DNA of 63,940 nt, counting the filler, from Dirinaria sp. TL-2023a (lineage: Eukaryota), in the NCBI GenBank assembly GCA_051941275.1. It is 3 parts of 3 records of this genome, joined end to end, with 100 filler letters (N's around TTAATTAATTAA, not from the genome) between each part and the next. Parts side by side here need not be neighbours in the genome. Positions count along the whole stretch, not along the records: positions 22,308 to 44,492 come from JAVEBF010000232.1; positions 44,593 to 63,940 come from JAVEBF010000338.1; 1 more part is not named here. One strand, given 5' to 3'. Shown here piece by piece: positions 38,122 through 59,931 of the stretch. Both the position numbers and the translations under genes were made by a program. Each line of letters begins with the position of its first letter. The first letter of the stretch is position 1. The notes below the pieces were generated by a model. The model saw nothing but the letters and a program-made list of their open reading frames with translations. It made no database searches and had not been told where the DNA came from.

Positions 38122-40044
38122 TCAATGGCCTTCCAGATTCTTCTCCTGAACAGGACCAGAGCTCGTCAGCATTTGACCCTCCTCATCCGAATCCAGCCCC
38201 CAAATGGCCATCCGCCGAATGTCATGACCCTTGAATGTCAAGAATACAATGGCTCCAAAGCAGCCAATGGATGAGAAGGCAGCAATGCCAAAGACCCAGC
38301 CTACACCTACCCTAGCGATCCATGGAGTGATGAAAAATGGCACCACAAGGCCTAATAGCACACGGTAGAAAGACATGGCGCACGCTGCCTCGGATGCATG
38401 TCCGATGAAAGACTCGCTCACATAGGTATTCAGGACTGCAATGAGGTACATGTCCGCCGACGTGATGAGGAATGACCCAAACGCGAGCACCATATAATGC
38501 AGATGGTATTCGAGACTGGCTCCGAAGATGCCAAGGCCAATGGGTAGTATGATATTGGGAATCCACAGGCAATGCAGGCGGTATTCAGGCTTCCATTTGC
38601 CGCCACGACGTCTGCAAATCCAGAGCGGGATCCGGTCGTTGAAAGCGTAAGCGCAGCCTTCGGCAACGAAAAGAGCAACCCACAGCGCGAAGGAGACTGT
38701 ATGTTCGTTAGGAACGATTCACGATGTGCGTCTACTGGAACTTACACTCAGCGTTTTGTTGCGGAGTGAAAGCGTAGCCTCCTTCCTCAATAGGGTTCTC
38801 AAGGAACACAGCGAGGAGGGTATTGATCATCACAAACCAGCCGAAGTTGACGAATTGGTAGAAGCCGACTATCAAGCCCATGGGGCTGATGCCAATCAGA
38901 ACTTGAGAAAGAGCGAAGAAGCCCTGAGAGCTAGCTGTTACCACGTCATTCGTCAAAGCTAAGGTACAATTTTTTTACTCACAACTCGACGAAATGTAAT
39001 GTACGGCGTAACCTTGGTGCCCGGGAAGAACGTGGCAATCCTATTACTGAACCATGCTCGTGGGGGAATTGGATACTGCTTTTCACTGCCATCCCTGGTC
39101 CAGCCAGTCTCTTCCAGGAAGATGAATACAAGCACGGCCATAACTCCCAGCGATGCCACATTCCACCAGAACTCCACTGGCCAATCCGTATGCTGGGCTA
39201 TGAAGCCTGAGAAAGTCGGCCCGGCGAGGATACCGAGCATGAACAGTAAGGTATAGAAGGCAAATGCTTTGCCTCGCTCGTGAAGGTAAAAGAGATCTAT
39301 GAGCAAGCGCGTCCCTGCGATCGCAGGTGTAGCGCTGAATATCGCTCTGAAGACACTCGCAGCTATAAAGGCTCCGTACTGGTTCCTCTTCGTCATCTCG
39401 GCAGACCAGACACAGCATACTGCAGCCAGCACCAAGCTCCAGAATATGACCGAGCTTCGGCCGACCTTTTGGGCTAGGGGTGATATCATCAAAGGTCCAG
39501 CAGCAAAGCCAGCCACTGCGGCAGATACCTAGAATCGCTTCATTCAGCGTACATATCATGGCAATCTCCATTCCCAACGACTGGACAGCTGTGCATTGGC
39601 ATGCGATAATTACAGTCCAGAGCCGTCAAAATCACGTTGCCTAATGCATCGAATACTTTGAAGATGAAATTGAACTGTACCGTGTACGACGCTTCTACCG
39701 GGGTCTTGTGGTAGACCTTTGCCTGGGGAAACAGTCCAAGCTGGTTCGCCAATGCGGAAGCTGTGCCTGCGAAACTAGCTAGACTCAGAATGACGAGGAT
39801 CAATATCTTCTTTGCTTGAGGCCAGTTCTAAGAAATGTCAGATCTCTTGACATCTAGAGGATGTCTCATAAAAACTACATACTAAAGGGTCTCTAGGGTC
39901 TTTACTGGGCTGAGGAATAAGCAGAACACCGTTCCTTGTCTTTGGGGAGGATTCGTTGCTCTCGAAATTGGAAGAAGCGTTATCTAAACCGTGAACGCCT
40001 TCGTCCTTCGCCGTAGCGGAGCTCTCCTTCAAGTCGTGGCCCAT
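38122..40044 (-). CDS. MFS transporter (DHA1/HOL1-like)
   Basis: LIPQPSKDPRDPLNW, PLAQKVGRS, DLFYLHERG, FLEETGW; many TM exons separated by GT-AG introns. Confidence 0.85.
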
Positions 40045-41574
40045 GGTGGGGAGCGGCTGCCTGCTCACAGACTCCAATACAGCGACGGAAGGTTATATGT
40101 AGATGTTGCGGAATTGACGCTCAAACCACCGGATCTCTTCAAAAATAAATGGAAAGGGAACGCAAGTCCAAAGAAATATGAAGCATGGAATCCTGCACAA
40201 CACATGTTCGGCGAAGGTGTGGAGCGATCGTGCAGCAGTTTGAGCTGCATATGCCTACCACATGGCGCCGAAGTCTACTACTGTACATTGCCGATCGACA
40301 ATCGACATGCTCACATTGTTCGTTTTTCTCAGCCGTGGAGATTAGTCAACTAGCAATTCCAACGTTGACGCGATCTAGTACATGCAGCCCACATGGTACT
40401 TGCATGCCAGTGGGCTCTCGTTGGAGCTAGAGTCTAGACACATGAGTAAGCCTTCGACCCTCAGATCACCACATGATCAGCCTCATTGGTCAATCATTGG
40501 TCGACTCTGCCGCCTAAGGTAGCATTGTGCGCAAGCCACTCATTCAACTCATTATTTCAATTGAGAACGCGGTACTAGCATCAAGTTCCATACTGTCCTG
40601 TCTCGTTGACGATACAATAATGGCTCCGACCGCCCACATTCTATACTTTCCAATATTCAGGATACAGGAAGGTCGTTAAGTTTATTCTTTCCGAAGGAGT
40701 AAAGTGGGCCGTGGCTGCGATGGCGAATCCTTCCATCCATATCGTGAACTCCGCACCGCTCTGATAGGGCGTGTATCATTTGAGGAATCCTTCGTCCAGG
40801 GCTCACAATCACGAGCGGAAAGGCTAGCCATGCGGAGGGAGGCAGGCTACTCTAGCTATTAAATGCCAAGTCTTGGCTCGTTCTTATCGAAGAACCCCTC
40901 AAACCACCCTTCAGGCCTTCACACCATCGGCCTACTCGGCCCCATGAAAGCTTTGTCAAATATTGGGGCGGCGGCATGCGGAGAAGCAGCTATTTGTCTT
41001 CCATTCCAACCAATTGGCAACGACAACTGTCGCTTGGGATTGGCATTCAACCAACCGGCAACCATTCTCGCCATTCTATGGCTCGGGACGAACCTCGGAT
41101 TCTCATCGCCGCCTGGGCGGCCTCGCGGCGTCACGCGTGCCTGAGAACTGTGACGGCGCTATGCATCATGCAGTTAGCCTCGCTGATCCCTTTTCAAACA
41201 CCAACCTTGCGACTCTACAACAACAGCACCCATGTCGGTAATAATCGTCAACACCCATCTGCCACTCCATCATGTTGCGTCTATTGCCGTCAATTCTTCC
41301 TTATCTTCGTCCCCCATCACGTTGCCATCACATCTCTCCTTTCGTGCCCCTTTCACTGCAACCCACACCTCGTCAATTGTTGCGCCGCCAAGGTCTTCGC
41401 CTATCTCAGCGGCTCGCGACTTCACTCCTTCGATAGATCAGTGCCAAGATTCTTTCTGGCGAGGGTGCCCGTAAATTTCTGGTGATCGAAGACAGAAGAC
41501 TCTTGAAAGATGGAGGTTCTTGTCGCTTCTCCGTGTCCAAGTTACTCAACCTCTACTTCGCCAACTTCGTCAGG

Positions 41575-42889
41575 ATGATCAATCATGACGGCCCAACACC
41601 AAATCGACAGCCCCTAATTTTAGGCTTCACGATTGCCTTCACTGTTCTTGCGACTGCGGGTGTCTCTATGCGTGTCTGGGCTAGACATCTGTCAGGCGCC
41701 AACTTCTGGTGGGACGATGGTACCATCATAGCAGCTCTACTGGGATCCTACGTTACCACAGTCGCAAATCTCGTGGGTGCGTGCGCGGCCTTCCACCAGC
41801 AGGGAGAACGCAATATTAAAGCTTTCAAGGGCTCCATTACGGCTTCGGTCTTCATCAATCAGATATACGAAATGATCAGCCTCAGAAATCGCTTCTTGTA
41901 AGTACTGCACCGATGTTTTCCAGCATCGAAACATTGACGAGAGATTCCAGATCCTCTGGCTAACAGAGACTGGCTAGTATGTAGCCCTGTTGAACCTAAG
42001 CCAATCTTGCTAACGGGATCAGCTTAATCACTGTGGCATTCACGAAGTATTCAGTCTTGTTCTTCTACTGGCGTCTATTCAAGGTCCACTCTCGCTCCCT
42101 TCGCATCTGGATCATATCTGTCGCGGTCGTAGCTACAGGGTGGTACGTTGCCGCTCAGCTGGTGGTGATATTCCAATGTACGCCAGTCAACTTCTACTGG
42201 AATCGCAAAATACAAGGCGGCCACTGCATCAACTCGAACCTCTTTTTCGTCATTATCACTGCGATGCTTCCGCCCCTTGATGCGACAATACTCGCACTGG
42301 CTGTTCCTGTGGTATGGAATTTGCAGGTCTCCCGCACTAAACAGTTTGGCATTATCTTCGTGCTATCTGTTGGATTGTTGTATGAGTGCCTGATTTATTT
42401 TCGCCCGGTAGTATACTGATGATTTCCAGCGATACCATCATTTGCATATATAGAGCTACCATATTCCACGAAATCGATCCCAAAGATATCACCTGGAGCG
42501 ATGCTATCGTGGGCATCTGGACGAATGCAGAAGCAACGGTCGGCGTCTTCTGCGCCTGCCTGCCGACGCTGGTACCGCTGTTTCACTTCTGCATCGGCAA
42601 ACGAGAGAGTTCCAAATCGTCGCATAACCGCTCACCTGCCTTCGGTACATGGAGCTCCAAAGCCGAAGGTTTCAAGCGAGTTGGGGATCCTCGCGGAGGG
42701 GAGTCTTATCTTTTTGGGAACGATTCCACTGCGCCCATCAAAGGTGACGCGCACGAGTTGAGTAACATAATTGTTACGACCAACATCGACCACCGCATAA
42801 ATCCTGTGGAGAGCACGGAGCAGCCACGAACGTGGGACGAAGAACGCAGTGCTTCTCGCAGGAGTTACTCAATAATAAGCGTTGGTTGA
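41575..42889 (+). CDS. PTH11-like integral membrane protein (fungal rhodopsin domain, no CFEM)
   Basis: MRVWAR...FWWDD, LHYGFGLH, FTKYSVLFFYWRLF, IFQCTPVNFYW..GHC, IWTNAEATVGVFCACLP; four introns that splice in frame. Confidence 0.85.
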
Positions 42890-43510
42890 AACCGGCACTC
42901 TGCGGCTGTAGTTCCTTTGCGGCGTTAGAATGTCGAAACATAGAATAGAGGCGTTCTCCGCGTGCCCTCATTGGTCGCTTTGAGCGTTGTTAGGTCTGTC
43001 GGAAACAGCACCTTCGGCATCTGTGGAGTCTAGGGAGGTGTAAGCACCGCTATCTATTCTGATCATCGGCATGTAGGTAGGAACCATTGAACATGGCTTC
43101 ACACGAAGCAAGGTACACGAGGTGTAGTACGTGCCAATTATGCACTCCCAAAAGCCTTGCGTGCATGAGGATATTATTCGTGACTTGACGAGGCTTCCCA
43201 ATCAACTGCTATTTCCATCTAGTAACAAATTGAACCATGGTAAACGGAAGAACCTAGCATCTCCGAGCCTGCCAAGCAAGAAATGGATCTATGAGTTCAC
43301 TGTCAACAGATAGCTTTCTCCGCCTACTCAGAGCCATTATCAAATCAACAAATGGTTGAACATATCCATGCCGTGATTCAGGAAGATCATCGAGTCCATG
43401 CACTTTAATTCCAGGCAGGCCAAGTAAAAAAACACAGTTCCTTTGCCAAAGGGCCATACTTAAGATGATCTAGCATCAACATCCCAACCACTTCACACCT
43501 CTAATTCACA

Positions 43511-44492
43511 ATGTCGTACACAAGTGATCCTCCCAACAATGAGAGTACCAGCAATGGAAACCCCACCTATCGTATCGGCCGAGGCCTGAGGCCTTCTGCA
43601 CGGTATGTAGAAAACTTCTCCCACATCCATCTCTCTATCAAGCTACTTAGCCAATTTTGTTTTGAATCTTGAAGAGGTCTTGACCTAAATATGAGTGATC
43701 CGTTTCCAGCTGAGAAGTATTCTTTCTTGCCAGGTTAACATCGCAGCATTTCTTGCTCCGAGCGCAGTTCGGCTGGCTGCTGCATCCTAGTATCCCTCTG
43801 GAGACTCTGGCGAAGAGAGCCGAGAGAGATGGGGAGTTGTTGCGGGTTGCTGATGTCGGCACTGGGAATGGGTAGTACTTTCTATTTTTCTTTTCTATCA
43901 AAAATATGGAGATTTTCTGAGAAAAGAGTCTATGAAAGAAGAAACTCAGGCCTCCTCGCTTTGAATCCACTATATATCTCTTTTCTCCTAAACAATCAAC
44001 ACCTATACTAACTCATATTCCTGTTCCCAAGAATCTGGACCTGCGACCTCTCGAACCATCTCTCAAGCACATACCCCGCTACGCAGGCTGAAATCTCAGG
44101 CTTCGACATCTCTGCCTCCCAATTCCCGCCCACCTCGCGTCTCCCGTCCAACGTAACTCTCACGACCCTCGACATCAAATCCCCGATCCCTCCTTCCGAG
44201 CATGGAAAATACGATATCGTGCATGTCCGCTATTTCTGTCTGGCCGGGACTGAAGAAGAGATTCCTGGGATTATCGAGAATCTGAAGACGTTGCTGAGTA
44301 TATCTTCCTTTTTTTGTTCCTTTCCTCATCTAAAGCATGCATACAATCCACAATAACTTAAAAAAAAAAAGGCATCCAAGAAAGAAAAATAGAAAACCCC
44401 AAAAGAAAAAAAAAAACAAATATGCTAATCCCATCGTGCGCCGCGGCGAGAGAAATAAATAGAACCCTCGGGCTACCTCCAATGGCTAGAAC
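43511..44492 (+). CDS. Class I SAM-dependent methyltransferase (LaeA-like/secondary-metabolism type), 3' end lost in gap
   Basis: Manual splicing gives RLTSQHFLL..GWLLHPSIP, motif I RVADVGTGNG|IW, GFDISASQFP, GKYDIVHVR, LKPSGYLQWLE; not represented in the ORF track. Confidence 0.8.
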
Positions 44493-44592
44493 NNNNNNNN
44501 NNNNNNNNNNNNNNNNNNNNNNNNNNNNNNNNNNNNTTAATTAATTAANNNNNNNNNNNNNNNNNNNNNNNNNNNNNNNNNNNNNNNNNNNN
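44493..44592. other. Artificial assembly spacer (44 N + TTAATTAATTAA + 44 N)
   Basis: Same design as the spacer at 22208. Confidence 0.97.
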
Positions 44593-44608
44593 CCCACCAA
44601 CCACCACC

Positions 44609-53717
<9,109 letters not shown>

Positions 53718-53974
53718 CTCGGTCTGGTGGTCTCTCACCTGGACCGCTCGATTCTGAGTTATATGACCGAAGAGACTGGTTTGATAAAGTGGCGGACTTT
53801 CTGTACCTTAGAGCTCTCGAAGCAATTCCTGGGTCCTTGGCAGTCGAGCTTACCTTATAAGGACTAGCGTTTCTCGGTTAAGGCCCACACCATTTCAGAC
53901 ATGAGCATTCAATTATCACAACAGTAATACTTGATCCACTTCCTTCTGTGCCAACCGATTGGGATCTATTCAAA

Positions 53975-54572
53975 ATGGCACCTACGAGACTGCGATATGT
54001 GAGTCCAAGCTCTGATCTGGCTAGTTCTCCGAATACTGACCGTATCCTCACAGCGACGGAACAACCCGTAAGCACCCTCCTAAGTTTCAAGAAGCTGCGC
54101 GCTGCGTTCCTCTGCTGTGGTTGAAGATCAAAGACACTTGCTAAGCAGTCTGTGGCTCATAGATACCCAACGCGCTCCAACAAAGTCCGTGTCATCAAAA
54201 CTCCTGGTGGAAAGCTGCGATACCAGCGCATCAAGAAAAAAGGGAGTCCACCTAAATGCGGTGACTGCGGCATCAAGCTTCCAGGCGTTAGTCTTTCCCA
54301 ACACTGCAGGCTATGGCCTGGTCGATCGGCCATGATATGCTCTTGCATGAGTTATTGGGTGAAACGCGCTTACACGGTGTACGATTCAGATCCCAGCCCT
54401 TCGACCTCGCGAATATGCCACCATCTCAAGACCGAAGAAAACCGTTCAGCGCGCCTATGGAGGATCGAGATGTGCGAACTGTGTCAAAGATCGGGTTGTG
54501 CGAGCGTTTTTGATCGAGGAGCAGAAGATCGTGAAGAAGGTGCTTAAGGAGTCACAGCAGAAGAAGCGATAA
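53975..54572 (+). CDS. RPL34: 60S ribosomal protein L34 (eL34)
   Basis: [45 protein letters not shown]...[30 protein letters not shown]; three introns; divergent from PRP8. Confidence 0.95.
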
Positions 54573-55062
54573 AACATGGCATAAGTGAGAAGCCAGGAGT
54601 CTTGTCGTTTTCGATAGCGTAAAGCTTGAGAATGGAGCTTTCAAAGTCTACCCGACAGTGGATCTGTGTTTATGTGGGGTAACGCATGAACTAACCGTAC
54701 AGGTTTCCCACGAAGTCCATTGAAGGAATCAGATAAAGTGTTTCTAAGTGCCATTTTACGCTGCTGAGCCTCCCTTATCTGATAGAATCACTCGAGCATG
54801 GATTTGGGTGTCATGGGCGCGGCGGCAGATTCCGTCACTCATATACTCTCCACATCAATATTTTACTGACTTCAATGAGTCTATTTCTATCGCATGCTAT
54901 TCTCCTAGCTAGGCACCATTTAACGCAAACAGACGCTTAGCTATATCATGCTTGAGCTAATGCCAAATCTAGCTGTTGATTCTACGGCACTTTAAAATCC
55001 TGCTTTTTGGCATGCCGTTGAAAGTTATCATTACCTTAGGGTTTTCCTTCCTCCATATAAGC

Positions 55063-56629
55063 CTACTTCGCCTCCACGCTGGCAATAGAAGACTGCATAG
55101 CATAGCTGCCGTCTTCTAGCCATACCCAGTCATCTTCCGAATCAAGTAGCCCCTCTGCTCGCTTCTCTAATTCAGATTCGGCGACAGCACCAGTTCTTGG
55201 CGTCCTTGCACCTTCGACCATCTCCATCATTCTTAATTTCTCACTCAGCTCCTCGGCAGCGATTGTAGCTTTCCTCAGTTCTTCCAAGGTCTCCTTTCTT
55301 GACTCTGCATTGTTCTTTGCAGTCTTCTGATCTGGCCACCATGATTTCTTTCTTGCTTCTTCTGCGCGGTCTATGGCCGTCATTTTATTCCAAAGGTTCT
55401 GAACTTGTTCGTCGTCTTGTTCAGTGTCGCGGAGGATTTGGGCCTTGCAGGCGATCACATGGGTCTCAGCTGCATATCGTTATTGGGCCTTTGCTCTTTC
55501 CTTGGCCTGCTCTGCTTTGGCGATCAAAAGCCTTTTCCGTGTTAGGTCTTGCGTCTGCAACTGTTGGGCCTTTATTCTTTCCTTAGCCTGCTCTGCTTTT
55601 GCGATCAAAAGCTTCTTTCGTATAAGGTCTTGCGCGTGCAACCTCTCGATGTTTCTATCAAAAACCGTCGGCGCCGATGTATCCCCAGAGAGTCTAATAT
55701 CCGCGGCTTCAGTGGGTTTCTCTGTTTCCAAGGCTTGACTATATCCTTTGCCTTCTCGATCAGACGGGCCAGGGTCCGATCCCAAGCCTCTTCCTTGAAA
55801 ATATTCGATCAACTGAGCGAGCGTTGTCTTCTTTGACCTCGACATGCGTGCTCGTATGGCAATGACGCCATTCAGCGCGAAGCCCTTCCAGTTGTACGGG
55901 TAAAGGAAGCTGGACATTGCGGAGAGAAGGGTGGACCAGGACCTGGATGTAGGCGCGACCGTTATCTTCGCGAGACTTAGGTGTACCTGGTAGCGCTGTG
56001 AGTCGAGGCTTGATCGGATAGCCAGCGTTGCTGGAGAAGTCTATACCCGATTTCTCTGGTAGCGGTGGCGTGTAGTGAGTCCCGTGTCCAGAGGTCTGGC
56101 GGCTATAGTGGTCTACTATTGCCTGAGATTCACTGTTATCTGCATTTTCGTAATGTTGGGGGACTGATTCCAGGACCTCCAGTTGGTTTGAGCGACTTGA
56201 CAAGAAATTGTTCGAAGAATGACTCGCTCTAGAATTGGACATGCTTCCACTCTCAGCATCCTTGTATTGCGTCTTGGCCGCCATGGCCGGCAGGCTAGGA
56301 TCGGGTATGGTACCGTAGGGGGGTGAAGCTAGGTGTGAGTGAGGTTGATAGAATGGTGCATGAGGTTTTTCTTCAGCGGTAGCAGCATGTCGATAAAAAA
56401 CATCACTCAGATATCGGCCGGGCTCTGTGTTATTCGGCACAGCTCCGCACTGACTTGCCCACTGTAGTATGCCTGTAAGACTACAAGTGGCGCCCGCAGG
56501 TAATGAATCGACCCTTGCTGAAACGGCAACAAGCGTATGTTGAGGGTCTCTAGGCGTACTTCCAGAGGTCTTGGCTCCCACGAGTTCGTTCAACGCAGTA
56601 TTATATCTCTGTTCCACCAAACGTTCCAT
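55063..56629 (-). pseudogene. Orphan coiled-coil protein gene, apparently disrupted
   Basis: Three consecutive same-strand ORFs. 55480..55917 and 55063..55458 are in frame, separated only by TAA at 55480-55482. There is a frame change near 55920-55990. Confidence 0.45.
55480..55632 (-). repeat. 81-nt (27-aa) tandem duplication
   Basis: QDLIRKKLLIAKAEQAKERIKAQQLQT followed by QDLTRKRLLIAKAEQAKERAKAQ*; the GGTCTTG anchors at 55545 and 55626 are 81 nt apart. Confidence 0.85.
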
Positions 56630-57120
56630 GCTGTTTGATTGGAGTTCTTTGATGTGCTGAACCTATGGCCACTTAGACGGCTGGAAGTGCTGACAGGCGT
56701 TGCTTATCAGTTCGCCTCCCTGTTTCTAATGTGAGCTTTAAATGAGGGAGAAGAGTAAGTGGTAAGCTTGAGTGCGAACAAGGTAAACCGATCAATTTAT
56801 ATTCTGGGTAGAACATGCTGGAAGGGTCAGAAGTACTTCTGTACTGACTCAGAGAAAGTCACCAGAATTCGTTTAGTACATGACTCTCAGCAAACCTGCT
56901 TCTAGTATGACATAGCTAACGAGTGGTCATGGTCCACTGGTGAGTCAGAAAAGAAATCAGGACGCAAGAGAAGATAGTGCGCTGTTGTGCTGCTTCCTGT
57001 TGTGAATGGGGACGACTCACGCACCTTAGTCGGGCTTTATCATCATCATCTAACGCTATAATTCTCAGGTCAGATAGAGCTTCGGATGATATGCGGCGCT
57101 TGACGAACAATTCTGGTATC

Positions 57121-57603
57121 TCACATTGCAAGACCCATCCCTCCCATATGCGCATCGAGTTCGTCCATCACCTCATCGTCCAGCGGAGTTATCTCTTCCA
57201 CAGGACACACCACTAACCATTCGTCATCGTCCAGACGGCTCACATCCTTTTCAGCCGCTGGATCGCTCAGGGAGACACTGGCCGCATTATCTTTTGATTC
57301 AGGTTTCGTATAATGCTGAAAGTTTTTGCGCTACTCCTCGGTGCGGATAAGATGCGAAACCCGACGTTGATGGGCTTAATAAAACGAATCAGACAGTGGC
57401 TCCTGGCGTAAATACCGGGCATAGTTGATGGATGTCTCGCTCAAGATAAGGCCATAGCTCCGGAGCCATCCAATATAGACCAAGCTTGGATCCATCTTCT
57501 CAATAAATACTTGCGACAATACCTCGCGCGTATCAGTCAAGATGCCGAAATTCATCGTGGCATAGGCACAAGCCGCTGCACCTGCTTGGGTGATAGTCTC
57601 CAT
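57121..57603 (-). pseudogene. Small orphan gene with two in-frame stops
   Basis: Single frame of 161 codons: METITQ...DSFY*AHQRR..TEE*RKNFQ...RLDDDEWLVVCP...GLAM*; internal TAA at 57376-78 and TAG at 57331-33. Confidence 0.4.
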
Positions 57604-58938
57604 CTGATGGCTCTTAAGAGCTAAGCTGTGCGAAACACATCAGATCTAGGAAAATAGGAGCAGAAGTAGGACGTCTTGGGGATTACGCACACTGTCTGCC
57701 TGCAGAACTCGGCCTCGACGTACGACCTCAGTATTGAGCTCAGCTGGACCTTGAAATATTAGACGACTCGTATGCTTTTCAGAGTTAGAGCTTTTGTGTC
57801 AGGAATTTCAGAGCTTTGGCCTTGTATGGTAGAGACGAAAGACGAGTTACGATAGAGACGAAAGCACCACTCACCCTAATCAAATTGTGGGCCGCGGCTC
57901 TCCTAGCCGCGACTAACGCAGTGAAGAACAGAAGAAGGAGGGCTCACTCATGTGCAGTGAGTGGCACATCACTTTAGTGAACATCAAGAAGCATACTACT
58001 CATTAGACAGCATCTTCAAAACTCTTCCAGACTCTACTCCAAAGAGTCCTAGTTGGGTATCTTTTTCAAGTCAACAGCTCTCGCAAATAAAGATAGAGAA
58101 TAACAGTTTTTGGAAGCAACGAGTAAGAGCAAAAGCAACCAAGAAATGTTTAATATATATAAGAGAGAATGCTTGGGCATCTCAAAAGAATATAGTCTGA
58201 ACCCACTATATAAGCCATGGATCAGACACCAAAAGTTTGTCCAGTGAGAGATACACGTCATCACCGACAAACATCTCGTTCAATACCAGATAGTCACGAC
58301 GGTATGATAACCGAGCTTCCAATCAACAGCCTTCAGACTGAGCGAGCAATATTACTCGGAAGCGAATTAGCTTTTCTCGATTTCAACGTGCCGATGGATC
58401 AAGGTAATTCGCCTCTGAACAATCTAAGCATGTATTTGCAATACAAGACAGTGTGGCAGCCCACTACAACAGAACTCTTCTACAAGTATGTCCTTGCAGG
58501 AGGTCACAAGCAGGGACTAGGACCGGAGATCTATCGCAGCCCAAAGGGATGACGGCATGGTCTCTTGCGTTTCATGTTGGCTATTCTGGCGTAGCTCATG
58601 GATACAGCTGAGAGATATGGACACATAGCGCTTTTGTTGGGCACAAAGGACCCAATCACGATTATACGAGCCACTATAGTAGGATTATGGTTACTTGGTT
58701 AGTGATGCTGACTGGCTGAAGAAACTTGAAGAGAAGACTGAAGGTAAAATAGCCGTAGATACTGCCAAGCCAAGCTCGGCCCCGCTACCTAGCTCCCTAG
58801 AAGGTATATCAAGTATCTCTTGTGCTTGCCAATGAGGACTTGTTCAATAACGTCCAGTGTATGACGAGCGGTAGGAGTGCTTACGATTGCAGTTCTGGCT
58901 TCAGCAACAAAGACTAATCGAAAAGTAAATATGCTCTG

Positions 58939-59931
58939 TCAGTATGTGCCTGGCATTTTGCTTAGACGTCCACCGTCTGTGATCGTTACGTTGCCATTAC
59001 AGTAGGCTCCCGCGCGACTGGCCAGAAACAGGATGCAGCCGGCCATATCTTCTTCGGTACCGATTCTCTCAGCCGGGAAAATCTCCTTGGGAAAGATTCT
59101 TGACCCGATGAGGTGTGCTACCAAGTCTGACGGATAGACTAAATACACATCTGTTAGCCATGTGGAGACCGAATTGAATGAGGATAGCAAGAGTCATTGG
59201 GAACCGAAAAGATAAAGGAAACCCAGACGCATACGTCCTGGGGCAATGACGTTGGCCCGAATCCCATAAGGCACCAGATTAGTTGCCAGCTGCTTCATCA
59301 TGTGTGTCGTCGCGGCCTTGCTCTGGCCGTACGCATATCCACCGGGCACATTTCGGTTGAAGCCGCCGATACTGCTCGTGGCAATCACTTGGCTCTTCTG
59401 CTCCACGTTGCCTTTCTCATTGCCTGCATGCAAAAGCCCTAAAAAGGCAATAATGGAGAAAAACACGCCGGAAGAGTTGACGGCAAAGGTTCCCGTATAC
59501 TCCTCGAACGAGGCGTTCCAGAGCGTAGATCGAAATTCTTCGAAAGAGCTCTCAGGCGTGAGACTCGTGACCTGAGGGCCGCCGGTGCCGCTGTTGGCAA
59601 TAAGAACATTAACATAGCCAACGTCTTGTTCGATATGAGTCACGAGGGACTGGAGCGAGTCTTTCGAGGTGACGTCGCCCTGAAGAGGTATGATATTGCC
59701 GTGCGGAGATTCTTTTGCCGCGGCCTCCAGCGGCTCTTTCCGTCGGCCAACAATGTAAACTTTTGCTGCACCGTTCAAAGCAAGTGCCTTTGTCATCATG
59801 AGGCCAATGCCTAGTCTTTATTACCCAGACTTCGAGAATATATCCGTTACTGACTAACCTGTGCCGCCGCCGGTGATCACGGCGACGAGGCCTTTGACAT
59901 TAAACAACTGTGAGGCTTCTATTTGAGACAT
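58939..59931 (-). CDS. Short-chain dehydrogenase/reductase
   Basis: LFNVKGLVAVITGGGTG|IG Rossmann motif, LIANSG, catalytic YGQSK, IRANVIAPG|, TITDGG; two introns. Confidence 0.92.
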
